Shown: piece after piece, positions 32,267 through 41,888 of the stretch
Layout of the letters: each line of letters opens with the position of its first letter
Numbering within the stretch: position 1 is the first letter of the stretch
DNA from: Escherichia phage AV116
DNA length: 64,000 nucleotides
Sequence record: OR352946.1
Reading direction: 5' to 3' (one strand)
Translations under genes and position numbers: made by a program
Notes under the pieces: model-generated
The model's input: the letters and a program-made list of their open reading frames with translations, nothing else
What the model was told of the DNA's origin: nothing
The model's database searches: none

Positions 32267-32539
32267 TTAGTTGTTAGAATACATCGCTAAATGACGATAA
32301 ATATTTTCAAAACCTTCATTGAATTCACTAATCAGTGTTTTCTTTTCTTCGGCAGTTAAATTTGTAATTAGTTTTCTGAACGAATTCTGATTTAGCTGCC
32401 GACCATCTTTTTTAATTCCAATCTCATTCAAGAATCCGATGAAACTTGCTCGGTCTTCAACAATATCTTCCCTAGAGAATTTAATCAAAATAGAAGCAAT
32501 AGTAATAATTTCACGTACGATTTCAATGTCTTTATTCAT
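32267..32539 (-). CDS. asiA: anti-sigma-70 protein AsiA (start taken at MNKDIEIV...)
   Basis: REIITIASILIKFSREDIVEDRASFIGFLNEIG... matches T4 AsiA (90 aa); the longer ORF 32267..32584 has extra N-terminal residues. Confidence 0.8.
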   Translation of the reverse strand: MNKDIEIVREIITIASILIKFSREDIVEDRASFIGFLNEIGIKKDGRQLNQNSFRKLITNLTAEEKKTLISEFNEGFENIYRHLAMYSNN

Positions 32540-32586
32540 AACGTTTTTATTCATTCCACTTAATTGATAGGAGTATAGTACCATTA

Positions 32587-32802
32587 TCAGTGTTGATTGT
32601 AAACGGCTTTTTCTACGCTTTTAACGTAATTGGTATAGTCTTCCTGTTCGTACGAGTTTAAGGCTAAGAACAAAGCTAATAGTTCATTATAGACTAAAGC
32701 CTCACGCTCACGTTCGGCTTCTACTACGTTCTGAAGATTATGGCTCATATTGTTCCTTATAACTATCAATGTAGTCCTGTATGTCAAAGAATGACATTTC
32801 AT
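32587..32802 (-). CDS. hypothetical protein
   Basis: 71-aa ORF. Confidence 0.4.
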   Translation of the reverse strand: MKCHSLTYRTTLIVIRNNMSHNLQNVVEAEREREALVYNELLALFLALNSYEQEDYTNYVKSVEKAVYNQH

Positions 32803-33124
32803 ATTCTAGGACATTAAGAGCCTGTTCTTCAGTGTAGTCAGAACCAAATACGATAGTGATTTCACCGGGTTTAGAATGACTGAAATCAACACTAAACTCA
32901 ATTCGAGAACAGACTTCATCTTCCATATCTACGATAACACTACGACACACTTCTCGGTTAACCTGATAAAGCTCTGCAAGTTCTTCACATCGAATAACAA
33001 GTTCAGTGGCAGGATTTTCTTTGATTTTAGTAAGCATAGTCTTTACCCTTATGTTTTTGTTTGCGTTTAGATTGAAGTTCTGATTTCTTCTTGTCCTTAT
33101 GGACAGAAGCCTTATTGAAATCAT
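32738..33124 (-). CDS. hypothetical acidic protein (arn-region; possibly starts at internal Met)
   Basis: Strongly acidic C-terminal half; position equivalent to T4 arn/arn.x. Confidence 0.35.
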   Translation of the reverse strand: MISIRLLSIRTRRNQNFNLNANKNIRVKTMLTKIKENPATELVIRCEELAELYQVNREVCRSVIVDMEDEVCSRIEFSVDFSHSKPGEITIVFGSDYTEEQALNVLEYEMSFFDIQDYIDSYKEQYEP

Positions 33125-33339
33125 GTTTTGCTACAAGATTGTTCATAATGCTTTATAACCTCGTTTAAACATTTATCGGTAAAAGAAAACTTTTTAGCCA
33201 CAGAACATTCGATAATGTGCTCTTTCAAATCTTTAGAGTCGGTATATCCCATCTCAGTAATAAAGTGGCGAATTAAAGCTTTATTCTTATCATTAACAGA
33301 ATTAAAATAATCTGCTTTAGAATCAATTATTCTCATCAT
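33121..33339 (-). CDS. hypothetical protein
   Basis: 72-aa ORF. Confidence 0.4.
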   Translation of the reverse strand: MMRIIDSKADYFNSVNDKNKALIRHFITEMGYTDSKDLKEHIIECSVAKKFSFTDKCLNEVIKHYEQSCSKT

Positions 33340-33604
33340 CTAATTTCCTTAATTGATATTGCAACGAGCTAATAATTTCTTCGTTCATTTTAATATACAT
33401 GTCACGCAAGAAAGGTTTTAACCCATCACGAATAATTGCTAACGTATCACCTTTACATAAATTAACCAAATAAGGATGGTCTAAAGCGTCCCAACCAGGC
33501 TGATTAGCATACATACCATAGTTTTCTTCCATCATATGATTAAGACGTTTGATATCTTGGATACGTGATTCAATAGCATCTTTCTGGAGTTGTTTAATAT
33601 TCAT
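33323..33604 (-). CDS. hypothetical protein
   Basis: 93-aa ORF. Confidence 0.4.
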   Translation of the reverse strand: MNIKQLQKDAIESRIQDIKRLNHMMEENYGMYANQPGWDALDHPYLVNLCKGDTLAIIRDGLKPFLRDMYIKMNEEIISSLQYQLRKLDDENN

Positions 33605-34065
33605 TAATAAAGGTCCTCTGAATAAAGTTCTTTCTCACTTCCACCACGTTCAATACGTACCTGTCCAGCATACGTTGCAATAATCATTGCTTCTTCACGC
33701 GTCCAGTAATTAGAGTATTGGTCAATAAAGCCTTGGTCGTCACCACAAACTTGTTGCGAGACTAATTGAGGACCAACTATATCAAGTACTTCAGCCATAT
33801 CTTTAGAGTAATGACGAACTCCAGGAATAACTAGAGTTCCACCACTCTTCAATTTAAACCTATTAGCCGCACATACTATAACACGTTGAACTTTTTGGTC
33901 ATTATTCCAATAGCACGTTTGCCAACAGATTTCAGGAACTTCATTCATTATATCATCAGCAGAATAATTATAACCGTAGGACTGGAATTTTTCTGCTAGA
34001 CTTTCAGGAGTCTCACGAGACAAGGCCAAATCTAATAGCTCTAAACGTTCTTTAAATGATTTCAT
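33604..34065 (-). CDS. hypothetical protein
   Basis: 153-aa ORF. Confidence 0.4.
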   Translation of the reverse strand: MKSFKERLELLDLALSRETPESLAEKFQSYGYNYSADDIMNEVPEICWQTCYWNNDQKVQRVIVCAANRFKLKSGGTLVIPGVRHYSKDMAEVLDIVGPQLVSQQVCGDDQGFIDQYSNYWTREEAMIIATYAGQVRIERGGSEKELYSEDLY

Positions 34066-34391
34066 TTAAACCATTCCTTAATACGTTGCCAAATAGATTT
34101 TTGTGCTTGTTTATTTACACCAATCGAACGAATAATCGGTTGTGACTGCTGATATTCTTTATAATCTTCTTTATAGATTTCGTAAGCGGCATCAACAAAT
34201 GAACTGATCGCTGCCATGTAGTTTTTACGAAGGCCAAATGGAGCGTCATTATTTTCACGAATAACCGTATATTGGCCTGCTTTAATCTTTACAATTGTCC
34301 CTAAATAAGCCCCGTGGTACCAAATATCCCATCCTTCCTGAGTAGGTTCTGCACATTTACGAAGTTCGTTAATAATATTCAGCTTATTCAT
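34062..34391 (-). CDS. hypothetical protein
   Basis: 109-aa ORF. Confidence 0.4.
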   Translation of the reverse strand: MNKLNIINELRKCAEPTQEGWDIWYHGAYLGTIVKIKAGQYTVIRENNDAPFGLRKNYMAAISSFVDAAYEIYKEDYKEYQQSQPIIRSIGVNKQAQKSIWQRIKEWFK

Positions 34392-34401
34392 TATGTATTC
34401 C

Positions 34402-35034
34402 TCACAGTACGTTAGTTACAAGGGTAATGATTTCTTTGGACACATTAGGGAAGTCAATGTAAGTATATTTACCACCGATCTTAATCTTAACATCATTTTC
34501 AAGAGAAGTAAACAGCTTTGATTCAGTTTCTGACATGTTGTATGCAAAGATTCTAAGAGAACCATCTCGACGAATTTCGATCTGACGAATACCTAGAACT
34601 CGTTTTGCAAATCGAACTTCCAAGTTACTACGGTTTTCACCGATTTCTTTAACTTCAACTTTATCTTTAATATTTTCAAAAACAAAGTTTGCTAGTTCAT
34701 GCATTTCAGGAGTAACTCCACGTGCTTTTCTGGTGTTACGTTTCTGAAGAAGTTCTGGAGCATTTTCTTGAGCAAATAGGTCTGCAGCTTTTTGGATAAT
34801 ATCCATTGCTTCGCCTGTTGCTATAAGTCCATCACCAGATTTTTCGACTAAACCTTTCTTAATCAATACACCAATGTTAGAGTTAACAACCGATGCATTG
34901 TATTCTGCTTCCAGAGCTTCACGGACATTGGCAGCAGTGGTGAAGTTGTTCTTAATGATATAAACCATTATTGCAGCAGTTTTTTCATTCAGAGCGTTTT
35001 CAGAAGCTTTGATGATGTAAGTAACTTTAGACAT
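34402..35034 (-). CDS. motA: middle-transcription activator MotA
   Basis: 210 aa; MSKVTYIIKASENALNEKTAAI...VLIKKGLVEKSGDGLI matches T4 MotA (211 aa). Confidence 0.85.
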   Translation of the reverse strand: MSKVTYIIKASENALNEKTAAIMVYIIKNNFTTAANVREALEAEYNASVVNSNIGVLIKKGLVEKSGDGLIATGEAMDIIQKAADLFAQENAPELLQKRNTRKARGVTPEMHELANFVFENIKDKVEVKEIGENRSNLEVRFAKRVLGIRQIEIRRDGSLRIFAYNMSETESKLFTSLENDVKIKIGGKYTYIDFPNVSKEIITLVTNVL

Positions 35035-35070
35035 TTTATTTCTCCAATTTGGTTGTTTTGTTTTGATAGG

Positions 35071-35102
35071 TCTATAATATCATGTTTGAAGCATATGTAA
35101 AC
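35071..35102 (-). promoter_or_regulatory. T4-type early promoter (upstream of motA)
   Basis: GTTTACATATGCTTCAAACATGATATTATAGACC on the minus strand. Confidence 0.55.
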
Positions 35103-35123
35103 TGTTTTGTGAGAAAAATGCAC

Positions 35124-35143
35124 AAAAGGGAGCCGAAGCTCCC
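35124..35143 (-). terminator. intrinsic terminator downstream of gene 52
   Basis: GGGAGCCGAAGCTCCC hairpin followed by UUUU on the minus strand. Confidence 0.65.
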
Positions 35144-35219
35144 TAATCATGTTTGTCCAACCAATACAGCCAAATCACTAGTGCAGCTATTGCGCCGAGA
35201 AATCCTAAGGCTATGGCAC

Positions 35220-36545
35220 TCAAAGTGCCTCCAAGTCTTTAGTGTACTCTGTCACAACATCAGTAGACTTCCAATACTCATTTTCTTCTTTCTTAGCTTT
35301 AGCTTCTTCTGCTAGTTTACGTGCTTCATCGGAAGTGATATGGAAGATGTTAAGACCTACCAGTTTATCGACATGTTCTTTATACATTTCGATTTGTGCG
35401 AGCTCTTCAGTCAAAGCTTTACGAGTCTTGCCCTGAATCACAATTTCGCCGTTGATAACTTTTTTGATGAAGTGTGCCTTAGCAAAAGCCAGTTTAAATG
35501 CTTTTTCAGATTCAAGGATTTTGTTGTCAATACGTTTCTGAACGTAAGTCTTACGGACTTCAACAAAATCTTTGATTAAGTCCACTACGTTATCGTAGAC
35601 AGCTAATTTACCCTTTTCATTAATCACTGTGATGTTTTGTGAACGACGTTCGATGAGACTAAAATCTTTCATGATTTTTTCATGACGTAGCTCTTCATCA
35701 TCAGGAAGCGAGTACTCTTTACGGAACTTCACCTTAAACCCAAAGCCGTGTTCACCGCAATCATCTTCCCATGAGATTAGACCTTTGTCTTCCAACGGGT
35801 CAAGAACCTTACTCACATACGTTTCACGGTCGAATTTATATGGGATTTCAGTTATCTGCATTTGAGTGCGAGATGTGAACTTATATGTTCCGTGAATCTC
35901 ATAGCGCCCATCAACTTCATGTACTTCACCACGGAATTCCGGGAATTCAACTTTTGGCTTAGTGACATTTTTACCTTGAAGAGCTTGTAATACAGCCTTT
36001 TTGACTGATTTAAAACTATGAGGCAGAATATTTGTTGCGTAACCGGTTGCAATACCAGAGACGCCATTCAAAAGAACTGTCGGAATAATAGGAAGATAGA
36101 ATTTTGGTGGAATGTGTTCTTTATCTTCATGAGCTGGAGCATATTCAGTATCTTTATATACGTTATAGAAATTTTTACTTACACGAGCAAAAATATAACG
36201 AGATGCTGCAGCTTTTTGGACTGTTCTAGAACCAAAGTTGCCTTGGCCATCTAACAGTGGATAGTTGTTGTTCCATGTGTTAGCCATTAATGCACCTGCA
36301 TCTTGTGCAGAAGATTCACCATGGTGATAACCTAAATCTGCAACACCGCCTGCAATTGACGCAAGTTTATGAAATTTTTCTTTATTACCACGAGCCAAAT
36401 CTAACGCACGATGAACCACAAAACGTTGAACCGGCTTAAATCCATCAATCATGTTTGGGATTGCACGGTTTTCAACGGTGTACATAGCATATGCTAAGGC
36501 TTCGTTATCAATAATACTTTTTAGATTACGAGAATTCAATTGCAT
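35220..36545 (-). CDS. 52: DNA topoisomerase II medium subunit gp52
   Basis: 441 aa; GyrA-like active-site region (ASRYIFARVS); close match to recalled T4 gp52. Confidence 0.9.
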   Translation of the reverse strand: MQLNSRNLKSIIDNEALAYAMYTVENRAIPNMIDGFKPVQRFVVHRALDLARGNKEKFHKLASIAGGVADLGYHHGESSAQDAGALMANTWNNNYPLLDGQGNFGSRTVQKAAASRYIFARVSKNFYNVYKDTEYAPAHEDKEHIPPKFYLPIIPTVLLNGVSGIATGYATNILPHSFKSVKKAVLQALQGKNVTKPKVEFPEFRGEVHEVDGRYEIHGTYKFTSRTQMQITEIPYKFDRETYVSKVLDPLEDKGLISWEDDCGEHGFGFKVKFRKEYSLPDDEELRHEKIMKDFSLIERRSQNITVINEKGKLAVYDNVVDLIKDFVEVRKTYVQKRIDNKILESEKAFKLAFAKAHFIKKVINGEIVIQGKTRKALTEELAQIEMYKEHVDKLVGLNIFHITSDEARKLAEEAKAKKEENEYWKSTDVVTEYTKDLEAL

Positions 36546-36549
36546 ATTT

Positions 36550-36690
36550 TCACCATATTAATGAACGAATAACCATTATAACATCTGAAATGAAAAGCAC
36601 TACTTTGATTAGTCCAAACATCACACCGTAGTACAGAACCGTAAGCAACAACAAGAGCCCTAAGGCTCCTGCTAAGATTTTCTTAATCAT
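36550..36690 (-). CDS. small hydrophobic membrane protein (ac/52.1-like position)
   Basis: 46 codons, not in the supplied track (below its length cutoff); MIKKILAGALGLLLLLTVLYYGVMFGLIKVV...; TAATG overlap with upstream ORF. Confidence 0.35.
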   Translation of the reverse strand: MIKKILAGALGLLLLLTVLYYGVMFGLIKVVLFISDVIMVIRSLIW

Positions 36691-36834
36691 TACTCGCCTT
36701 TTAATACGTTAAGAAGAGCTAAGACCGCTAAGGTACCTTGTGATACGGCCTGTTGAAATACTGTTGTTTCGCCTGTAACTAAAGTGTTAACGAATAAAAA
36801 CGACCAACACAACAATGCAATAATCCATGCTACC
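36690..36834 (-). CDS. small hydrophobic membrane protein (ac/52.1-like position)
   Basis: 48 codons MVAWIIALLCWSFLFVNTLVTGETTVFQQAVSQGTLAVLALLNVLKGE; not in the supplied track. Confidence 0.35.
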
Positions 36835-36888
36835 ATTTTAATTACCTCAAAAATAAATTAAAGGCCCAACTTAATAGGCCTGTATAAA

Positions 36889-37335
36889 TTAGTAACTCTG
36901 CAGAATGAATTTGAAATTATCTGCCAGAAGACGGTTCATTTCAGTGAGTGTTTGATATTCTGATGTATGGTTGCGAGTGAATGCCAGAGCCAATTGTCCT
37001 TTACCATAACCAGTAGTCAGTGGTTTCATGTTCTTAGCTGCAACAAAGATTACATCATATTCAATATTGTTAGTGCCCATGGTACGGGCTAGTTGTGAAC
37101 GGCCTTGACGAATGTGAGAAAGAATTGCATCCAACCCTTGTTTAGAACGTTGACGTCCTACAAAGAATCGTGCTGCTACTTGTCGCCAATCAGATGAACC
37201 TTTAACAAAGAAGTAAAAACCTTCACGAGAACGAAACTCTTTAGAAACTTCAGAACCGTATTCACCATTACGAACTACTGCAACAACTTCACCGCCAACG
37301 GCCAGAAGGTCTTTACGAGTTAAATATTTGGACAT
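36889..37335 (-). CDS. ndd: nucleoid disruption protein Ndd
   Basis: 148 aa; ...[32 protein letters not shown]...[38 protein letters not shown] matches recalled T4 Ndd. Confidence 0.8.
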   Translation of the reverse strand: MSKYLTRKDLLAVGGEVVAVVRNGEYGSEVSKEFRSREGFYFFVKGSSDWRQVAARFFVGRQRSKQGLDAILSHIRQGRSQLARTMGTNNIEYDVIFVAAKNMKPLTTGYGKGQLALAFTRNHTSEYQTLTEMNRLLADNFKFILQSY

Positions 37336-37377
37336 GCTAATTTCCTCAATTGATTAATGTTTTTGTAATCCATGAGA

Positions 37378-37409
37378 GCATTATACTCTGCTCTCAAGAG
37401 TTTGTACAA
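37378..37409 (-). promoter_or_regulatory. T4-type early promoter (upstream of ndd)
   Basis: TTGTACAAACTCTTGAGAGCAGAGTATAATGC on the minus strand. Confidence 0.5.
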
Positions 37410-37411
37410 TT

Positions 37412-37612
37412 TTATTCGGTTATATCAGAACGTTCAAAAAGCTCTTCAACAGTTAAACATTCAGTGTCATCTTCAATAAAGAATCGAGTCCAACACGTTG
37501 GGGCGATGCAGTTGTGAGTTTGTCCGGCTATAGAAGCTACACGAATAAGTTGCTGACCATTATTCAGGACAAATTTTTCACCAATTTCAACATCTTTAAA
37601 AAGCTTAGCCAT
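37412..37612 (-). CDS. hypothetical protein (ndd.x)
   Basis: 66-aa ORF with early promoter at 37639..37670. Confidence 0.45.
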   Translation of the reverse strand: MAKLFKDVEIGEKFVLNNGQQLIRVASIAGQTHNCIAPTCWTRFFIEDDTECLTVEELFERSDITE

Positions 37613-37638
37613 TTTGTGTTCCTCATGTTTCAGTAGGA

Positions 37639-37670
37639 CTACTATACCATAATCCTACCGTGATGTAAAC
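37639..37670 (-). promoter_or_regulatory. T4-type early promoter
   Basis: GTTTACATCACGGTAGGATTATGGTATAGTAG on the minus strand. Confidence 0.5.
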
Positions 37671-37862
37671 AATTAAATTACATTAAAATATGTTAAAGCC
37701 AACCATGTTCCAGTGAACGAACATGCAATGTAAAAACCAGTATCACAAATTGTTCTTAGTACAATAAGAAGTGCATTTTTCATAAGTACCTCAATGCAAT
37801 TGAAAATATTATACAAATCATAGGGATACTAAGCAACCATATTCCGATCCACATTTTAGAGC

Positions 37863-38126
37863 TCATATCTCAACTTCCGCGAGTTCCATATATCCTTTGT
37901 TGATAACCTCTTTAAGGTCTTTAGAAAGAATAACACCAAAATGGTCGTTCATATGTCCATTAACTAAACGAGTTATTTCGGCTTCAGATGACATATAAGG
38001 CACGTCTGAGTCCCAATGAGATAGTCCCAAATGGGTATAAATCATCCCTTCGTCATCTGCAGTGTTGTACATTGAAACAAATTCGCCTGTTACTTTATGT
38101 TTTGCGTAGAAAAATTTAAATTTCAT
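37863..38126 (-). CDS. hypothetical protein (ndd.x)
   Basis: 87-aa ORF with early promoter at 38148..38182. Confidence 0.45.
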   Translation of the reverse strand: MKFKFFYAKHKVTGEFVSMYNTADDEGMIYTHLGLSHWDSDVPYMSSEAEITRLVNGHMNDHFGVILSKDLKEVINKGYMELAEVEI

Positions 38127-38147
38127 GATGTTATCCTCTTTTAGATA

Positions 38148-38182
38148 GGACTACTATATCATAGTCCTACTTAGTTGTAAAC
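38148..38182 (-). promoter_or_regulatory. T4-type early promoter
   Basis: GTTTACAACTAAGTAGGACTATGATATAGTAGTCC on the minus strand. Confidence 0.5.
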
Positions 38183-38194
38183 ACTTTTATGAAA

Positions 38195-38815
38195 TTAAAG
38201 ATGAAGATACCACCCGTTGTAGTTGCTCTTGCGGACGATTTTCTTTAGGTCTTCATGGTCTCCCACGAACTTTATAGAATAAGAGAAGACGTCAGGTGAG
38301 GTTTCTTTGACATCTAATATAATAATGCAATCTGCGACTCGATGGTTCAAGAAGGGCCCTATATTGATTCCATTACCACCAGGATAATCACCACTGTATC
38401 CTGTGGTAACCGAAATCCATTTAGAATCTATCTGGTGCGTCTTGACTTCGACACGCAACCCGCAGTATTTAGGATGAGCTAACACGTCCCATGCATACGT
38501 GTACGGGTCTTCTACGTCTTCATTACCTTTATTAACATATCCGTCTAGCCAATTTGCTACTACATACTCTGCAAAGACTGCAACCTTACAACGTCGAACA
38601 ACGTCTTCTTTTATTTGACCTGGATCTTGTTTCAACGAGTACCGAGCAGTGTCAGCAATCTTCACCTTCATTTCACTAGTCAAAAACTCATTCGACAGGA
38701 TAAATGTCGGAAGATTCTTCAGCCTCAACAGCCCCAAGTTCGTCTTTACCATAGATACCTCTGATGTGTAGTTCGCCAAAATAAATGCGGTCACCTTCTT
38801 CAAGATATTCTGCAT
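38195..38815 (-). CDS. hypothetical protein; possibly the distal part of a disrupted rII-region gene (rIIB C-terminal part or denB)
   Basis: 206-aa ORF in a third frame directly downstream of the rIIA-like fragment; in-frame TAG immediately before its ATG. Confidence 0.4.
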   Translation of the reverse strand: MQNILKKVTAFILANYTSEVSMVKTNLGLLRLKNLPTFILSNEFLTSEMKVKIADTARYSLKQDPGQIKEDVVRRCKVAVFAEYVVANWLDGYVNKGNEDVEDPYTYAWDVLAHPKYCGLRVEVKTHQIDSKWISVTTGYSGDYPGGNGINIGPFLNHRVADCIIILDVKETSPDVFSYSIKFVGDHEDLKKIVRKSNYNGWYLHL

Positions 38816-38832
38816 CTACAGGCGGAATTTCA

Positions 38833-39642
38833 TTAACAACTTCGTCGCATTCTAACCAGCCGTAGTGTGCATCGCGTCATCATCCATGTTTGTTCTTTAA
38901 TAACACTTCCGATTGGATATACAATACCACCATAAACAGCCATGATATTACCACGTTCACCCCATGGAGCTTCCTTGGCCAAATATACATCGTCAAATTC
39001 TGGGAAGTATTTAATATCTTTAACACCACGAACTTCTGCAATATCACCTAGAGGACGCATAACATAAGCAATTTCGGATGCGAACTTTTCAAAATCTTCT
39101 GGGTTAACAGGCACAACTACTTCAACGCCGGTCCGGTCATCAGGACCCATCTTATCTACGAAGGTTGGCTTAATCTGTGGACCCGTGTCATCTTGGTAGA
39201 TTACGTAACCACGAACTTCACCGTTGTGATAAGACGTAAGGTTAAACGTATCGGTATATGCTAATGGAGCTTTAGAGCCGAGTCCGAATCCACCAATGAA
39301 ATCGTTACTCGATGTTTTAGTTGAAGCAAAATATGAGTTATAGATTCCTGGCTCTTCGTCATTACCTCGAATGGTGAAATCACTCATACCAGGACCAAAG
39401 TCTCGAACTACAAAACGTGGGTCTAAACGACCTGGAGCCTGAACAATAAACTTATCAGTGCAACCATTAAGAATTTGTCCATCGATACAGTTTGTGATTA
39501 ATTCACGTACACAAGCCAATTCTTTGTTTGTATAAAGGTCATTAGACAAAATCTTATAAACTTTGCTATTGCCTTGAATAGTAAATGCTGTGCTCTTACC
39601 GCCTGAACCAATAATCGTTTCTTTAGCCGTTTCGATAATCAT
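38833..39642 (-). pseudogene. rIIA: rIIA-like protein, N-terminal GHKL-ATPase region only (premature stop / frame change)
   Basis: Bergerat-fold motifs [27 protein letters not shown]; ORF stops after 269 codons and protein-like sequence continues in the +1 frame (38691..38876). Confidence 0.5.
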
Positions 39643-39654
39643 GTTTTTCTCTCA

Positions 39655-39885
39655 TCACAAGTTACGTTTAAAAATTTCTGCCACTTCGAGAAGTTCTTCT
39701 TTAGTAGCTGTGTCGGTTTGTATTTTATATCGAATTTCCTTAAAGCGTTCTTTAAAGGCTTCAGCTGATTCGATATCAAAAAATCTTTGGATAAGCCGGA
39801 ATTCCCGGAGCACTGCTTTATCAAAAAGTTCCAAGTCCACGTTATATGTTCTCATAATATTCTCTTCAGTAGATTCCTGAGGCAC
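39655..39885 (-). CDS. hypothetical protein (rIIA.1 position)
   Basis: 76-aa ORF immediately upstream of the rIIA-like ORF. Confidence 0.4.
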   Translation of the reverse strand: MPQESTEENIMRTYNVDLELFDKAVLREFRLIQRFFDIESAEAFKERFKEIRYKIQTDTATKEELLEVAEIFKRNL

Positions 39886-39947
39886 TATTACTAAAGACCA
39901 TATAATCTATCATCTTATGTGTAATAGTGCCTCAGGCGATTCAGGAT

Positions 39948-41048
39948 TTACGCTGTGAAGATTTTATCCCACATCGCAACAACTGCATCTCGATTATACT
40001 TCTTCCATACTGCTTCAGCACGTTTAACTCGAGCTTCGTATGTGTCAGTGAATTCTAATACAGCTTTTGTGTAAAGCGCAACTACTTCTTTCTTAGGAGT
40101 AGAGGAATCAATTTCTACACGCACAGTATCTGGGTCGTATTCGAATGTCGCATGAGGATAATCCTTAAAAACTAACTGGATTACAGGGACACCTTTAGAG
40201 ATGGCTTCAATAGAACTATTCTCTACCGTACCTGTGTCAGGACACGTATTAATAAGTGCTTTAGCTGTTTTAAGACGTTCCATGATTTCACTATGTGGAG
40301 CATCAATAATAACAGGATACTTAGCCGGTGGTGCCCATTTACTAGGACAGTATCCTGCACCATTTTCGCCTAGTGCTTTAATCGCTTCAAGAGCAACATC
40401 AGTGCGACGCATTTTAGTGTCATAACGTTGGGCACTAATAATCAAATCAGTTGCTGGGAGAACTTCTGGCTTTTCGGTCAAACAAATAACCGGGTAGTCA
40501 TCATGTTCAAATAATGGATTTTCACGCCAGTAATCATAATCAATGCTATCAGTAAGAGCTGAAGTCATATGGCAATATTTACGTTCAAATTCACGGAATG
40601 CTTTAGTAGGAGCATAGCTCTTACCACCGTATTTGTGGGTAAGAATAGTTTGTTTCCAAATTTCTACAATACCGCGAGATACAGGCTCAAATGGAGTTGC
40701 CATAAAATTTCTATGAACACTGGATAAACCGGCATCTTTAATTGCGTTAACAGTTAGTTTAGTCGGTTCCATAGTAACAACAAAATCGTATTCATGGATG
40801 CCGGCTAGTTCAACAATCTTACGAGCCATAGTATAACTCATACCTAGACTGAATTTAGTCAGATGACCAACAGGATGATGATTAACTTTCCAGTCACCAA
40901 ACGTGTCATTATCAAAGCCGATATAATCAATATCAGCACCGATGGACACAAGATATTTCAACACATTTAAATGTACTGCTTCAAGGCCACCTTGTACACG
41001 GTCAGGATTAAATGGGACTGCACGAGATGGGATAAACATAACTTTCAT
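39948..41048 (-). CDS. putative GT-B fold glycosyltransferase
   Basis: 366 aa; C-terminal ENSSIEAISKGVPVIQ resembles the GT-B E-x(n)-E/A-x-x-G-x-PV donor-binding motif; no counterpart at this position in T4. Confidence 0.5.
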   Translation of the reverse strand: MKVMFIPSRAVPFNPDRVQGGLEAVHLNVLKYLVSIGADIDYIGFDNDTFGDWKVNHHPVGHLTKFSLGMSYTMARKIVELAGIHEYDFVVTMEPTKLTVNAIKDAGLSSVHRNFMATPFEPVSRGIVEIWKQTILTHKYGGKSYAPTKAFREFERKYCHMTSALTDSIDYDYWRENPLFEHDDYPVICLTEKPEVLPATDLIISAQRYDTKMRRTDVALEAIKALGENGAGYCPSKWAPPAKYPVIIDAPHSEIMERLKTAKALINTCPDTGTVENSSIEAISKGVPVIQLVFKDYPHATFEYDPDTVRVEIDSSTPKKEVVALYTKAVLEFTDTYEARVKRAEAVWKKYNRDAVVAMWDKIFTA

Positions 41049-41059
41049 AATTAAGCCTT

Positions 41060-41092
41060 ATTAAAATTAAAATGAAGCTCCCGAAGGAGCTT
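41060..41092 (-). terminator. intrinsic terminator downstream of HNH endonuclease gene
   Basis: AAGCTCCTTCGGGAGCTT hairpin followed by U-rich tract on the minus strand. Confidence 0.55.
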
Positions 41093-41888
41093 AGGACATC
41101 CAACACATTTTATAACCTTTGCAGGTTCTGTTAGGATTATTTAATGCTTTCAATATATTAGAAGACCCTATATCTAAATACTCCCTTAATTCATAAAGAT
41201 AGTTAAAATCAATAGTTTCACCTGTTTTTACACTTGTGATTCTTATAGGCCTTCTTTCATATTTAGATTTATACAACTCTCTAGTCTTAGCTTTAGTTTC
41301 TTCTGACCTAGGAGTGTATGGTTTAAATCCTTTTGTTTTAAATGTTTCCATTCTTGATTTAGTTATTTTATCCTGGTGTTCTTTTGTTTTTACAGGTGCT
41401 TTTCGCCCATTCTCCCAAGATAACTTGTTGGCCTGTATTATTTTATCTATTGCTTCTTGCGTATGAGTTTTACCATAAAATGGATTTAATTCGCCTATAC
41501 GTTGTGAAGCAATATGTGACATTAATTCTCTTGTTGCTTTAGTATGTTTTTTACCTTTAAATGGATTGCCATTTTTAGCAATCCATTCTTTCATAAATCT
41601 AGAGTGCTCTTTAGAGAATTCTTGTTTAAGCCAATCATAATCTCTAGAATTTCTAGCTCCCATGTAAAAAGCTCTAATAGCCATAAGCATAGAACGGTTC
41701 TTATGAATTTTATAAAGCAATAAATGGGCGATAAAATGCTCTCTAGGGGTCATTTTAACTAGATTTGATTTAGCATTACTCCCACCCATAGATTTAGGCA
41801 AAATATGGTGAGTTTCAGTATAATTAGGAATAGTGCTGCGGTTTTTAGCCGCAGCGATAAGTTTATCATAAATTTTACGATAATTCAT
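41091..41888 (-). CDS. HNH homing endonuclease (MobA-like); start taken at MNYRKIY, TAATG-coupled to gene 39 stop
   Basis: THHILPKSMGG...N...REHFIAH HNH motif; paralogue of ORF 13933..14568. Confidence 0.7.
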   Translation of the reverse strand: MNYRKIYDKLIAAAKNRSTIPNYTETHHILPKSMGGSNAKSNLVKMTPREHFIAHLLLYKIHKNRSMLMAIRAFYMGARNSRDYDWLKQEFSKEHSRFMKEWIAKNGNPFKGKKHTKATRELMSHIASQRIGELNPFYGKTHTQEAIDKIIQANKLSWENGRKAPVKTKEHQDKITKSRMETFKTKGFKPYTPRSEETKAKTRELYKSKYERRPIRITSVKTGETIDFNYLYELREYLDIGSSNILKALNNPNRTCKGYKMCWMS

